Shown here in pieces: positions 1-9,787 of a stretch of DNA of 64,000 bases. The notes under the pieces are model-generated. The model worked only from the letters and a program-made list of their open reading frames with translations. It had not been told where the DNA came from and did not search any database. Numbering within the stretch: position 1 is the first letter of the stretch; every line of letters begins with the position of its first letter. The stretch is from the IMG/VR virus record IMGVR_UViG_3300029288_000054, positions 70,607 through 134,606 of that record, one strand, 5' to 3'. Made by a program: the position numbers and the translations under genes. The DNA comes from a virus. Taxonomy: Duplodnaviria; Heunggongvirae; Uroviricota; Caudoviricetes.

Positions 1-429
1 GTCGTTTTTGAACTGTGCATTCGGAGAGCCGCCAACTACAAACAAACCTTTGACGATGCCAACAGCAGTACATGTAAATAAAGCTTTGGTCGTGTTCGTT
101 GTAGCTTGACCAGACGCCGCATCAGTGACCCAGATCGGCCTAGTCGTCGCATCATCGGCGTTATTTGTATCTGTATAGCTGTCAAATTCGTCCCAGCCGT
201 TAGTCAGATTGATATTCCGATAAACATCAGTAGCGGCTAATGCGGAATAGCCAACATTGTCGATCAGACTAAGATACCAAGCGGTGATCTTCGGAGTATC
301 ATTCCATCCGATGTCGAGGAATCTATTCTTACCCTCGTTTGTTGTATCGTTCTTGCACGGATAGATGCCTATCAACTCGCCATTATACCAGTGCTCAACG
401 GAAAATCTGCCGCGTAAATGAAGATCCAT
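1..429 (-). CDS. Putative virion structural protein (3' end runs off the window; not in ORF track)
   Basis: Hand translation from ATG at 429: MDLHLRGRFSVEHWYNGELIGIYPCKNDTTNEGKNRFLDIGW...AWYLSLID...GWDEFDSY...RPIWVTDAASGQ..., open to position 1. Resembles small phage tail-associated proteins. CAAATTTA motif upstream. Confidence 0.7.
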   Translation of the reverse strand, partial: MDLHLRGRFSVEHWYNGELIGIYPCKNDTTNEGKNRFLDIGWNDTPKITAWYLSLIDNVGYSALAATDVYRNINLTNGWDEFDSYTDTNNADDATTRPIWVTDAASGQATTNTTKALFTCTAVGIVKGLFVVGGSPNAQFKND

Positions 430-442
430 GGCAATTTCTTCT

Positions 443-504
443 TTTAGTAGTAGTACGAAATGGTTTACGATAAATTTGAATTATCGTTAACCATACCTAC
501 TAAA
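443..504. promoter_or_regulatory. Imperfect inverted repeat/hairpin overlapping a CAAATTTA motif
   Basis: ATGGTTTACGATAA (460-473) pairs with TTATCGTTAACCAT (481-494) with 1 mismatch. Outer arms TTTAGTAG (443-450) and CTACTAAA (497-504). Confidence 0.55.
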
Positions 505-516
505 CGGCAAAGTACA

Positions 517-1650
517 TCAGTACTTGTTGAAATGCCGAGATAAGCAGAAATCGAGTGGAACGTCATCTGCTTCCGTGCCAATTTTTATAACCGTCGTTCC
601 AGCGTTATTCGGCACAGCATAAATGATCCCATTTGGAGCAAGAGCACAACCGCTCCATTTTGCACCAGTTCCTAAGCTACCAAAGGTGACAACTGTATCA
701 GTTGTCGGATCGATCATTAAAATAGTTGTTATAGAAGCACTATTCGTAGCGGCATAAATCATTCCATTTGGAGCTAGAGACCCGCCGAACCACTTGTATG
801 TAGTGGTGCCGAGCGAGCCGAAGGTCGTCACCGTATCTGTAGTAGGATCGATTTTCAACACTGCTGCATTACTGGACGGTATTCCATAAATCATTCCATT
901 CGGAGCCAGCACAGCACCAGACCATTTATAAGTCCCCGTGACCACAGAACCAAACGTCGTTATTGTATCAGTTGTTGGGTCGATCTTTAATATAGTCGTT
1001 GCGGTATATGGAATAGCATAAATCATGCCATTTGGAGCTAGGCAACCACCATACCAATTATCGGCACTTGCTAAATCACCGAATATCGTATATGTATCGG
1101 TCGTAGGGTCGATCTTTAGCACACCAGCATAATAACGTGGTGGCGAATAAATCATTCCATTTGCAGCAAGAATACTGCTTACAAATTTAGAGCTGCCGCT
1201 AAAAGTTCCGAAGGTTGTGCATGTGTCCGTCGTTGGGTCGATCTTTAATATAGCATCCGATCCATATGGTGCAGCATAAATCATGCCGTTTGGCGCTAAG
1301 CAACCACCGGCCCATTTATATGTCGTTGCTCCTAGGTCGCCGAATGTGGTAATGGCATCTGTGGTTGTATCAATCTTAAGTACTACTGCACTTGTAGACG
1401 GTATTCCATAGATGCATGAGTTAGGTGCCAATACAGCACCTTGGAATCCGGTAGCGGTAGAAATCTGAGAGGTCGTTCTTTGAGAACAAGCATAATTTAA
1501 TCCGACCCGCGCACAAACGGCTTTCTGTACTTGCTGCCATGCTAGCTTATTCACCTCCCATGCAGGGAAGTCGCCATGATTCAGCATATCTCCGCTACTT
1601 AACGAGCTTATAGAGTTAGCTTTTTCGACTAGTGGTTTTTGATATGCCAT
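517..1650 (-). CDS. Beta-propeller repeat protein, probably virion-associated
   Basis: About 7 tandem ~42-aa repeats W-x-G-x-x-LAPNGMIY-x-x-P...ILKIDPTTDT-x-TTFG. Confidence 0.8.
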   Translation of the reverse strand: MAYQKPLVEKANSISSLSSGDMLNHGDFPAWEVNKLAWQQVQKAVCARVGLNYACSQRTTSQISTATGFQGAVLAPNSCIYGIPSTSAVVLKIDTTTDAITTFGDLGATTYKWAGGCLAPNGMIYAAPYGSDAILKIDPTTDTCTTFGTFSGSSKFVSSILAANGMIYSPPRYYAGVLKIDPTTDTYTIFGDLASADNWYGGCLAPNGMIYAIPYTATTILKIDPTTDTITTFGSVVTGTYKWSGAVLAPNGMIYGIPSSNAAVLKIDPTTDTVTTFGSLGTTTYKWFGGSLAPNGMIYAATNSASITTILMIDPTTDTVVTFGSLGTGAKWSGCALAPNGIIYAVPNNAGTTVIKIGTEADDVPLDFCLSRHFNKY

Positions 1651-1710
1651 AACAAAATAATTTTGACATATAACAAGCCTGTCGTCCGCTGCTCGGAAAG
1701 TGCATCCGGA

Positions 1711-3438
1711 CTAAATTGATTGCCAGGTATCGCCGTTGAACCGCAAGAACGTCGTACCGTTATACCACTCGTCGCCCCAAATCGGGCTTCTTCCACCGAG
1801 TAGAATTATCAAACGCGGAAGAACATATTCCTCGTAGAATGCGTTTGCTGCTGTGTCAGTGTCGGGAGGTAGCTTCGTGTAATCGATACAAAGTTGGACC
1901 GTTCGACGTACAAGACCACCAGTATTACCATATCGGCTAATACCTTCAACGGGGATGATTCCCGTCTGCGAGTCGAGATCGATCGTGTTACCAAGACCTT
2001 GATCTCGCTCGCAGACGAACCGGTTTTCCTCGGAGGGAGGAATTGGTGTGGTAAGGCTGGATGTTGACCCAACCATTGCTCTGCATTGACCGTCCGTAGG
2101 CGTCCATCTCGGCACTCGGCTAATCGAGAAGGAACTCAATCTGGTGGCGGTTTGCAGGAATGTTGCAGACTGTTCCGGCAGAAGTGATTCGAAAGCATTG
2201 AAGAAGAGGTCAACGACGTTCGACGTCGAACCCCACAAGCTGCTCAGAACCACGTGTCCCCTACCGAAATCCTGGAAGTAAAGTTCGAAATCAGTTCCAG
2301 ATTGTAGTAGAAGGTCGTTGATTGGTTCAATCGCCACGATGTCGCCAGTTACCATATTCCGCATCAAGTCCAATCGTGCAAATTCGATTGGGTCTGGCGA
2401 CGGGCTTAATCTGGTGACGTTATGCGTTGCGAAGAAGAACCGCAATTGATCGTTTGTCGTTCCGACCGGTTGGATTCTACTGATCCACACCGGAAAGAAT
2501 GTACCACTTGTGTCGCCGGTCGGTTCATCTCCAGCGGGTGCCACGATGTTGAACTCGCGGAATATCGCGGCTGGGATTGTTACGACGAATGTGCCGCTTG
2601 ACGTCCTCGTGGCTTCGGCACCGAAAGGGAAGTTGAATGCATTTAACCACGACGACGCATCGCTTGCGATATTCGGGATGGCATTATTGCAACTATCAAC
2701 TAACATACCAGTGCCGTGACTTACCGGTATCGGAGAATAGCTGTTGATTTCGGACGGCGTAGCGCCAGTATTTGCGATCTGGTAGACTGTCGGTAGTATT
2801 GATCCAGGCGCGACAAGATTGTAGAACGCCTGGACAAGTGGGTCGTTCTGCGGTAGAGTTCGGAAGGTAATGAATCCGTCGATAGTCGCCGTTTCGCTAA
2901 TATCGATGTTTATCGGCTCTTCCGTGCATACGGTCAACCGCGATCTCTGATAGGTCAACTCGCTGTCAATCGTATAGTCGGCGGTGAACAGAGCGATCTC
3001 GGTCGGATTGTCGCCTTTGACAGCCGTGAAGATCAAGCGCAGAATGCCATTATAGGTGCCGGTTGTGCCTGGATTAGTACCAGTTTCGCGTTTGATTTTC
3101 GCCAGTCTAAAGTCATGCCAATCCTTTGGCGTCGACATATGCAAGTCCCAAATCCAGCCATTCGGCAACTGGGCATTGGTAGTCGAATTGACTACTATTG
3201 CTTGGATAAGGAATGGGAAAATTGCCTCGTGACCGATGCTGATGCTCAGCGAATCGAGGGTCTTCGCAAGGATGAGTTGTCGGAGAGTGATGTCCGCCAT
3301 CGGGCGATTCATTGCTTCGTAGTATACTGGGTCTGTTGGCGTGATCCAGCGAACGTTCAGGGTCGAATCAGCGGTTAGTGCCTGGAAAAGATTTCCAGGT
3401 GCAACCGTTGGGACCAGGCTGGGATTGATTGTCGGCAT
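1711..3438 (-). CDS. Putative virion structural protein (575 aa)
   Basis: Long ORF, T/P/S-rich with beta-type composition. GGAGAG RBS and CAAAGATA motif upstream. No family recognised. Confidence 0.6.
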   Translation of the reverse strand: MPTINPSLVPTVAPGNLFQALTADSTLNVRWITPTDPVYYEAMNRPMADITLRQLILAKTLDSLSISIGHEAIFPFLIQAIVVNSTTNAQLPNGWIWDLHMSTPKDWHDFRLAKIKRETGTNPGTTGTYNGILRLIFTAVKGDNPTEIALFTADYTIDSELTYQRSRLTVCTEEPINIDISETATIDGFITFRTLPQNDPLVQAFYNLVAPGSILPTVYQIANTGATPSEINSYSPIPVSHGTGMLVDSCNNAIPNIASDASSWLNAFNFPFGAEATRTSSGTFVVTIPAAIFREFNIVAPAGDEPTGDTSGTFFPVWISRIQPVGTTNDQLRFFFATHNVTRLSPSPDPIEFARLDLMRNMVTGDIVAIEPINDLLLQSGTDFELYFQDFGRGHVVLSSLWGSTSNVVDLFFNAFESLLPEQSATFLQTATRLSSFSISRVPRWTPTDGQCRAMVGSTSSLTTPIPPSEENRFVCERDQGLGNTIDLDSQTGIIPVEGISRYGNTGGLVRRTVQLCIDYTKLPPDTDTAANAFYEEYVLPRLIILLGGRSPIWGDEWYNGTTFLRFNGDTWQSI

Positions 3439-3475
3439 ATGTTCTCTCCATGTTAAACAATATTATCTTTGATTC

Positions 3476-4030
3476 CTACGAGCAAACACCAACCTGCTCA
3501 ATGGGAGGTGGATTGGTATGTTGCGTCGGATGGTCGTTAACTGTCTTTTCGCGATGGTGTGGGCAATAACCATAAATAGCTTTGGCGTGATTACAGTTAG
3601 CACAAAGAACCTGGAATCCAGGTGGGAAGTTGTTTCTAATTATCCACCAAATCACACTATAGCCTTTGCCGATATGCCTTCTGTGTTCTGCACCGTCGTT
3701 GTCAATATGGTCAATTTGTAGGAATTCTGGGGTTGTTTCGCCGCAGCAGGTGCATTTATAACCACCATACGCCATTATCACTTGATGGCGGATTCTACGA
3801 TTTGCTTTCTTGACACCCTCTCGACAAAATACACAGGTTTCTCCGTCTGATGCCGGTAGTCTACCACATTTACACAGTCCCTTTTCACGATATTTTGCTC
3901 TATAGCCACGATACCGTTTCCTGCATTCAGCACAAGCTCTACCTCCGTCGACCGGCTCGCGTCGACCACACATTGAACATAGACCCGCCGCAACCCAAGC
4001 AGCTCGACGTTTTCGCGTACTGTCTGACAT
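3476..4030 (-). CDS. Zn-finger/HNH-type endonuclease-like protein
   Basis: Repeated GLCxxCG/CxxC knuckles, then C-x-CCGE...LQIDHIDNDG...FQVLCANCN...CPH. Start placed at ATG 4030 (track gives 4048). Confidence 0.7.
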   Translation of the reverse strand: MSDSTRKRRAAWVAAGLCSMCGRREPVDGGRACAECRKRYRGYRAKYREKGLCKCGRLPASDGETCVFCREGVKKANRRIRHQVIMAYGGYKCTCCGETTPEFLQIDHIDNDGAEHRRHIGKGYSVIWWIIRNNFPPGFQVLCANCNHAKAIYGYCPHHREKTVNDHPTQHTNPPPIEQVGVCS

Positions 4031-4089
4031 AAAGTATCTACGAAACACAGTTTTGGCGGCATAATAGAAACGCTCCCTATGTCATGCTT

Positions 4090-4914
4090 TTAGACGCTGA
4101 ACAAATAAGGGTATTGTTCGAATATCCAATCTTCAGCTACACGGTATTGATGATGCTTGTGGAAATTATTTTGTACTTGTGGTGTGTGGTTATTATATAA
4201 TTCTGGTGAAAGCCTAATAATAATTTTATCTAACTCGTCGAGGTCGTTAAACGTAAATATGCCGCCTGCGTCGAAATATCGTTCGATATTCTTCGTACCC
4301 CAATAAATCGGGATAGTCCCCACTGCAAAACAATCTATCAGTTTCTCTGTAAAGTAGTCATCAAATTTCGAATTCTCCACTACTATAGAGAACATGAAAT
4401 CAATTAATGCATCTTCTTTATATTGTGTCGCTCGGTATTGTGGTCCGAATGGAGATATACATGGATATCGGCTAATTATTGCGTGGCGTAGTTGATGTCC
4501 AAGTGTCTGAGTCTTATCCGATGCTATAATTGAAACTAATTGTCGCTTTAGGTGAATGCCGACAGTGTGTTGGCGTGCACGCTGATCACCTACGCCAGGT
4601 ATCCAGCAACCACCGTATGGATAGAATAGGAATTTCTTATCGTCGACTAACGCTCGGTCATATGTCAGGATATAGTTGAATTGATTTGAATTCTTTTGTA
4701 TGTAGTCATAACTAGCTTGACATATGGCTGGTGGTTCTAATAACCAAGCTATCTTTCTGGCTGCTTGTGTAGAAGCAGCATTATTGAGGTAATGGTCTGT
4801 GAAGAAACAGATATTTTGCGGTGTCCGACACCAATTGAAATATTTTGGCATATTCCATCCACTTGACGAATAGACATGTGCAAAATTTGCGTCATACAAC
4901 CCAATTTGAAGCAT
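4090..4914 (-). CDS. Glycosyltransferase family 10 (alpha-1,3/4-fucosyltransferase-like)
   Basis: GT10 signature FSIVVENSKFDDYFTEKLIDCFAVGTIPIYWG; N-terminal WLLEPP motif. Confidence 0.85.
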   Translation of the reverse strand: MLQIGLYDANFAHVYSSSGWNMPKYFNWCRTPQNICFFTDHYLNNAASTQAARKIAWLLEPPAICQASYDYIQKNSNQFNYILTYDRALVDDKKFLFYPYGGCWIPGVGDQRARQHTVGIHLKRQLVSIIASDKTQTLGHQLRHAIISRYPCISPFGPQYRATQYKEDALIDFMFSIVVENSKFDDYFTEKLIDCFAVGTIPIYWGTKNIERYFDAGGIFTFNDLDELDKIIIRLSPELYNNHTPQVQNNFHKHHQYRVAEDWIFEQYPYLFSV

Positions 4915-4922
4915 TATTATCC

Positions 4923-5549
4923 CTAAATGCGAAACTTCGTCTTAATTCCAACTTCAACATGGACTCTGTTGAACATCTCGTTTGTTATATGATGGGCAGT
5001 TATTATATTATTACTAGCGGTCGGTCGCTCGTCTTCTTTGCCATAGGCAACAAATCGTTTGTCATTTATAATTGGTATCCCACTAGCACGCAGCAGTCCT
5101 CCGACCATTACGTCTTCGGCACCATGCGTGATCGTCATATGCTCAGCTACGATCTGAGCACATCGCCTCGATAATAGATAGCCAGCTCCACCAGAACAGA
5201 ATGAGCCAAAATCGATACCAACGTACTCGCCTTTTGGGCAATATTCCATTAAACGTATTGCTGCTACATAGGTGTCGTCGTCGCATTTAAATAGGTAATC
5301 CCAGTCATCTCGCTCTAATGCCCATTTACAAAACCATCTTGTTCGTTGCGGTAACGTTTCGTAGGAATCAGGACACGGTAACAATAGTGCGTGCCCATAA
5401 AGTTCTGGTGTAGATAATTTCTCAACGCCGAACAGCAACATTGATGGAATGCCAAGCAAATCGCAATCTGCCATCCATGTTCGCAGACAATTGTTTCGGC
5501 GATCAGGAGTTTTCCATCCAGCGGATGCACCAATTAGATAGCGTACCAT
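4923..5549 (-). CDS. Glycosyltransferase family 31 (Fringe/beta-1,3-galactosyltransferase-like)
   Basis: GT31 motifs DYLFKCDDDTYV, FCSGGAGYLLS and AEDVMVG, with a C-terminal H. Confidence 0.85.
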   Translation of the reverse strand: MVRYLIGASAGWKTPDRRNNCLRTWMADCDLLGIPSMLLFGVEKLSTPELYGHALLLPCPDSYETLPQRTRWFCKWALERDDWDYLFKCDDDTYVAAIRLMEYCPKGEYVGIDFGSFCSGGAGYLLSRRCAQIVAEHMTITHGAEDVMVGGLLRASGIPIINDKRFVAYGKEDERPTASNNIITAHHITNEMFNRVHVEVGIKTKFRI

Positions 5550-5610
5550 AGATTGTCAAAGATACTCAGGGAATTAAGTATAATGCCGTTCGAATTCCAA
5601 GGAGCTGATC

Positions 5611-6531
5611 GTGGATAAGCTTTACACAGTTCACAGATATTTTAATCAAGCATGCTCTGATGCTGGAATTCGTGCTGAATTGCTCGTCAGTGAAGACGAT
5701 GTGCGAGTCGCACTCGTCAGACAGCCGCTAGCCAAAATAACCGAAGGTCTTCGGAAAGCTGCAGTAGCTAGTGGAATTATCGCAGAGACGAGGATTATGC
5801 CGTCTGGCACAATGGTAATCATAACGTCGAATCCAAGTCTCAGCATATCGTCCATCGCGAATGCTGCCGAGTACAAATTCGGTAAGTTCTACCGCGATCT
5901 CAACGAGGCTTTCGACAAGCCGTGGGAGAAGAAGGACGAGAAGGACGAGAAGGACGAGAAGGAAGATGACAAGGATAAGCCGGATGAGAAGAAGAAAGAT
6001 TGGGAGCCGGACGAGGACGAACCACCTCGTGCTAAGGACCGCTTCTTCGAAGACCGCGAAGCTATGCTGACCAAGAGTATTGATGAGGCTCTTGACGGTA
6101 TCGCTGTCCCTGATGGTGCTGCGCAGCCGGGGGTTGGCGTCAAAATGCTCAACAAAGCATTGGCTGCCAAAACCAGATCTGGCATGACGTTAAAGGATGC
6201 ATTGAAGAAACAAGGTATCGTGTGGCATGTTGCGGAGCCGGGCTCTCATGTTGTCGTCTTCAAGGGTAAGAATGGCGATGAGAAGTGGCGAGTGGAGCCC
6301 ATGACGCTCTCTGATACGAAAGTATTTGAGAAGACGATGGAGGCTCTTTGGTCCGTGGCGTTGGGTAAAGCACCGAATGCCAAAGAGCTTGAACTCGACG
6401 CCGCCAAGCAGCGTGCTAAAGAATTAGGTGATCACCAGAAAGAAATTTCTGGACTGGTGGATCAGATCACCGGCAAGTATGCACCGCAACCAGTAGCAGG
6501 GGATAAGAATGCCGCCGTCAATCCCAGATAA
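5611..6531 (+). CDS. Hypothetical protein with a K/D/E-rich linker
   Basis: 306-aa ORF, GGAG RBS before GTG, KDE tandem repeat at ~5926-6018, CAAAGATA upstream. Confidence 0.7.
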   Translation: MDKLYTVHRYFNQACSDAGIRAELLVSEDDVRVALVRQPLAKITEGLRKAAVASGIIAETRIMPSGTMVIITSNPSLSISSIANAAEYKFGKFYRDLNEAFDKPWEKKDEKDEKDEKEDDKDKPDEKKKDWEPDEDEPPRAKDRFFEDREAMLTKSIDEALDGIAVPDGAAQPGVGVKMLNKALAAKTRSGMTLKDALKKQGIVWHVAEPGSHVVVFKGKNGDEKWRVEPMTLSDTKVFEKTMEALWSVALGKAPNAKELELDAAKQRAKELGDHQKEISGLVDQITGKYAPQPVAGDKNAAVNPR

Positions 6532-7159
6532 TAGGCTTCGGTTTCCGGCACCGCTCATTGATTTTGCCGCCGAAGTTGGTCTAACTGGGCAGGATCATGA
6601 GAGATTTCCCTATCCCGACGCGCAACCGCGATGGGATTGGATGTTGATGTGGTATATCAGCCTCCTGGCGAATCAAGCGTCTTATCAAGAACCGACACAA
6701 TATCGCGATGGGACGTTGTGGTTCGACTTGAACACTCTGACTCTGAAGATCTGGCGTAGCAGCCTAGAGAACATAACTGGCTCGTGGATGAGCTTAGGTA
6801 GCGTTATTGATCTTGAAACTATATCGGGCGTACCAGTCAAGCTGAGCGACTGGTATATCTCTACGAACAATAAGCTCTCTGGCGGTTCGCCGCAAATCAC
6901 TTTCAGTGGTAGCGTAACATCTGCCACAGCGACAGAAATTCCGGTACCAGTGACTCTGCAAGGCAACATTGACACATTTAAGACCAGGCCGTTTGTCTAT
7001 ATCAACGGTATATTGGTGGATCCACGAAAAGCTGAGTACTACACCGCGACGACCATTAAGCTAGTGAATCCGATTCAACTCGTTAAGGACGACAGATTCA
7101 CTATCGTCATTATGAACATATTACCAGCCAACTTCTCAATCCCGGATGTAGTGATTTAA
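6509..7159 (+). CDS. Putative virion structural protein
   Basis: EPT...DGTLWFD and VYINGILVDP...Y motifs of the kind seen in phage tail/baseplate accessory proteins. Confidence 0.6.
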   Translation: MPPSIPDNRLRFPAPLIDFAAEVGLTGQDHERFPYPDAQPRWDWMLMWYISLLANQASYQEPTQYRDGTLWFDLNTLTLKIWRSSLENITGSWMSLGSVIDLETISGVPVKLSDWYISTNNKLSGGSPQITFSGSVTSATATEIPVPVTLQGNIDTFKTRPFVYINGILVDPRKAEYYTATTIKLVNPIQLVKDDRFTIVIMNILPANFSIPDVVI

Positions 7160-7785
7160 TGATTACCATACTATTAGCAATCGATGGCATCGCGTTTTTA
7201 GCCATATTGGCAGTTCTCAGCATCATCTTTATCGTCTTGTCTGCCGTTGATGAGCCAAGCCCGCAAGGCTCCAGTATTGTTTTGCTCGTTGTATTGGTTC
7301 TAGCTGCGCTTTTCACGGAAGCCGGTCCTGCTGCATGGGCACAGCCATGGGCCGCAGCGCTGTACGCTGGCGGCTATTTTCTTGCCGGTTGTATCTATTC
7401 AATTTTCATCCGCTGGCCATTGTATCTTTATGGCTTGCGTAAGCGAGTGAAGACGGCAAGAGAAGAAATATCTGCCAAATACAGTTTGGCTCTCGCTGAT
7501 TTTGTAAAGAACAAGGATGCGTTCAAGAATTGGATGTCAAGCGTCTATGAGATCGGTCGATACAATGGTATGCGGGTTAACGATGATGGCGTCCTTACTC
7601 CGCCGCAGTACCACGACAATAAAGCACGACTACTAACGTGGGCGATACTTTGGCCGTGGAACGTTTTGTGGGTTTGCGTCCGCAAGCCCATCATCTGGAT
7701 TTTCGAGGAACTGCTCAACCTGCAAATCCTGAAGCGCATTTCGCAGGCAATGTCGAACTGGATGTTCAAGGATTTCAACAAGTAA
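7159..7785 (+). CDS. Membrane protein
   Basis: Three N-terminal hydrophobic segments plus a C-terminal WAILWPW segment. TAATG coupling to the upstream gene. Confidence 0.75.
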   Translation: MITILLAIDGIAFLAILAVLSIIFIVLSAVDEPSPQGSSIVLLVVLVLAALFTEAGPAAWAQPWAAALYAGGYFLAGCIYSIFIRWPLYLYGLRKRVKTAREEISAKYSLALADFVKNKDAFKNWMSSVYEIGRYNGMRVNDDGVLTPPQYHDNKARLLTWAILWPWNVLWVCVRKPIIWIFEELLNLQILKRISQAMSNWMFKDFNK

Positions 7786-8879
7786 TGGACGATTTGCCAA
7801 AGCGCGTCCTGTACCTAGACGATGAAAGATCTGATATGGAAAACGTCATAAATCTTAATGAATCATTTGGCAACATTTATGCCGGTAAGATCGAGATAAT
7901 CGTCAAGGACAGGCATGGGCGAGTGCTTGAGCATATGTGCGATCACAACATCGTCAAGATCGGGGCCAAAGAGATACTGGCGCACCGTTTGCCTTACGAG
8001 AAGATCTGGGACCCGAATGCAAGCAGCGGAGCCGGTGCTTGGGTAGCTAGCGGACTCAATGCTGCTGATTACGCACCGAAGTATATTATTTTTGGTGCTT
8101 CGTTCGATCCTGTTACTCTCGCTGCGCTCGACACGATGGACCCGCGATATTATACAACAGACCCGATTACGGGTCTGACGGTGCCGATCACTCTCGGTGT
8201 TGGTGCTGAATATGAGGGTGGCCTCATCAACGCCATTCCACTTTCCGACCCAGGAAGGCCATTGAAGAGGGTCGAACAGATTTATTACCAGGCGACATAT
8301 CAGCCTGCTGGAACGCCGTTAATGCAAGATGATGTTCGTGCGATGAACAACATTGTCGTATTCGAGACAACTCTTACTAAGGATGAGTACAACGGATTCG
8401 GTCTGACCGATACCGACTATTTCACCATAACCGAAGTTGCATTGGCTGGCGGTAAAGAGCTAGGTAATGACGATGTGGGCCAGTGCGAATGCGACCCGAA
8501 AACTCTATTCTTACAGGGTAAACCTGATGGGACACCTATAACTGTTAATGCTAGCGGCACCTCGACAGTTTCTATTGCCGTTCAAGATTTACCGTATTCC
8601 GATGTCGTTAATGTTGGCGACCAGATCAAGTTGGTTGCAGCTAATGGCTCGGTGCTATCGCAAATCAACGACCACTATTTGGTGACATCCAAATTGATCG
8701 GTGGCAGTGATATTGGGTTAGACCGAACACCAGTTGATCAAAACGGTGACCCAATTATCGGCACAATAGGGATGTTTAGAGACTCGCTACGAATCTTCTC
8801 TCATCGCATCCTAAAGACGCCATTCAAGAAGTCCACAGATTTCATGATCGTCGTGCGTTGGTCGATCATAATGAACTGA
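7785..8879 (+). CDS. Putative tail/baseplate structural protein
   Basis: GKIEIIVKD...HNIVKIGAKEILA...VFETTL...ITEVAL...FSHR...KSTDFMIVVRWSI pattern resembles phage tail-collar/baseplate proteins. Start at 7785 (TAATG) or 7836; the track start at 7638 is unlikely. Confidence 0.65.
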   Translation: MDDLPKRVLYLDDERSDMENVINLNESFGNIYAGKIEIIVKDRHGRVLEHMCDHNIVKIGAKEILAHRLPYEKIWDPNASSGAGAWVASGLNAADYAPKYIIFGASFDPVTLAALDTMDPRYYTTDPITGLTVPITLGVGAEYEGGLINAIPLSDPGRPLKRVEQIYYQATYQPAGTPLMQDDVRAMNNIVVFETTLTKDEYNGFGLTDTDYFTITEVALAGGKELGNDDVGQCECDPKTLFLQGKPDGTPITVNASGTSTVSIAVQDLPYSDVVNVGDQIKLVAANGSVLSQINDHYLVTSKLIGGSDIGLDRTPVDQNGDPIIGTIGMFRDSLRIFSHRILKTPFKKSTDFMIVVRWSIIMN

Positions 8880-9001
8880 TCGACAAAAGTGATCTTGCAA
8901 GCGGAGGCATGTTGTGTTTTAATATGCATTACAAGATCCGCCACTGGCTGCATCGACGACTTTCGTCGGTCTGGCTGCTCTTTCATTCATGGAGGGACCT
9001 G

Positions 9002-9517
9002 ATGAAGAAGGAGATGCAACGAGAGCCTGCTCAAAGTAATTGCAAAACCTATAAAAATCTCATCCAATCAATTCCTGCTAGCATCCGCTTTGTTTCCGGT
9101 CGCGATTTCCGACAAATTACAACAATAGAACGCGACAGCTTCAAATATCCCTGGACTACTAAAGATCTTCATTCTAAGCTGTGCGAAGATCACGTCGTTT
9201 GCTACGTCGTCGAGCATAATGGATTTATTGTGGCGTATGCCATAATTCAATATTACAAAGACCACATTGAATTATGTAATCTGGCTGTCGATAGTCATTA
9301 TCGCCGACGCAAAATAGCTTCTCTCATTATCAATATGCTCAAGATCAAGGCGTATCTTGAGGCTAAGGAATATATCTCGGCGTACGTAAGCGAATATAAT
9401 CTAGAGGCCCAGCTATTCCTCGGTAATAAAGATAATGGATTTGTCGCCAAGGAGGTGTTACGAGATTTTTATTCTGATGGGCATAGCGCATATTATATGG
9501 AATTTAGCCTTGTTTAG
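9002..9517 (+). CDS. rimI: RimI-like GNAT N-acetyltransferase
   Basis: IERDSFKYPWT...NLAVDSHYRRRKIA...VSEYNLEAQLF...GF...VLRDFY...AYYM. GGAGG RBS before ATG 9002. Confidence 0.75.
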   Translation: MKKEMQREPAQSNCKTYKNLIQSIPASIRFVSGRDFRQITTIERDSFKYPWTTKDLHSKLCEDHVVCYVVEHNGFIVAYAIIQYYKDHIELCNLAVDSHYRRRKIASLIINMLKIKAYLEAKEYISAYVSEYNLEAQLFLGNKDNGFVAKEVLRDFYSDGHSAYYMEFSLV

Positions 9518-9569
9518 ACAAATATAAAATTGTCCGGTGAGTGTCCATTTAACATAAGGAATCTGACCT

Positions 9570-9785
9570 ATGCCAGCCGTTAGCAAAGCGCAGCAAAATT
9601 TCATGGGTATGGTCCACAAGCATAAGGAAGAGGGCGGAAAGGCATCGCCAGCAGTCAAGAAAGCCGCCAAGAGCATGACGGACAAAGCGGCCAAGGACTT
9701 TGCTTCGACGAAAACGAAGGGCCTTCCGAAGCACGTCAAGAAAGAGTCCTTTGACCAGAAGCTGACAACCGCCCTATTTAGCTAA
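9570..9785 (+). CDS. Small basic protein, DUF3008-like
   Basis: MPAVSKAQQNFMGMV...AKSMT...DFASTKTKGLPKHV. AAGGA RBS and CAAATATA upstream. Confidence 0.7.
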   Translation: MPAVSKAQQNFMGMVHKHKEEGGKASPAVKKAAKSMTDKAAKDFASTKTKGLPKHVKKESFDQKLTTALFS

Positions 9786-9787
9786 TC

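Noticed and set aside
7638-7784. Track start of the 413-aa ORF (and the 8858 start of the GNAT ORF)
   Set aside because: They overlap upstream genes without an RBS; better starts exist at 7785/7836 and 9002.
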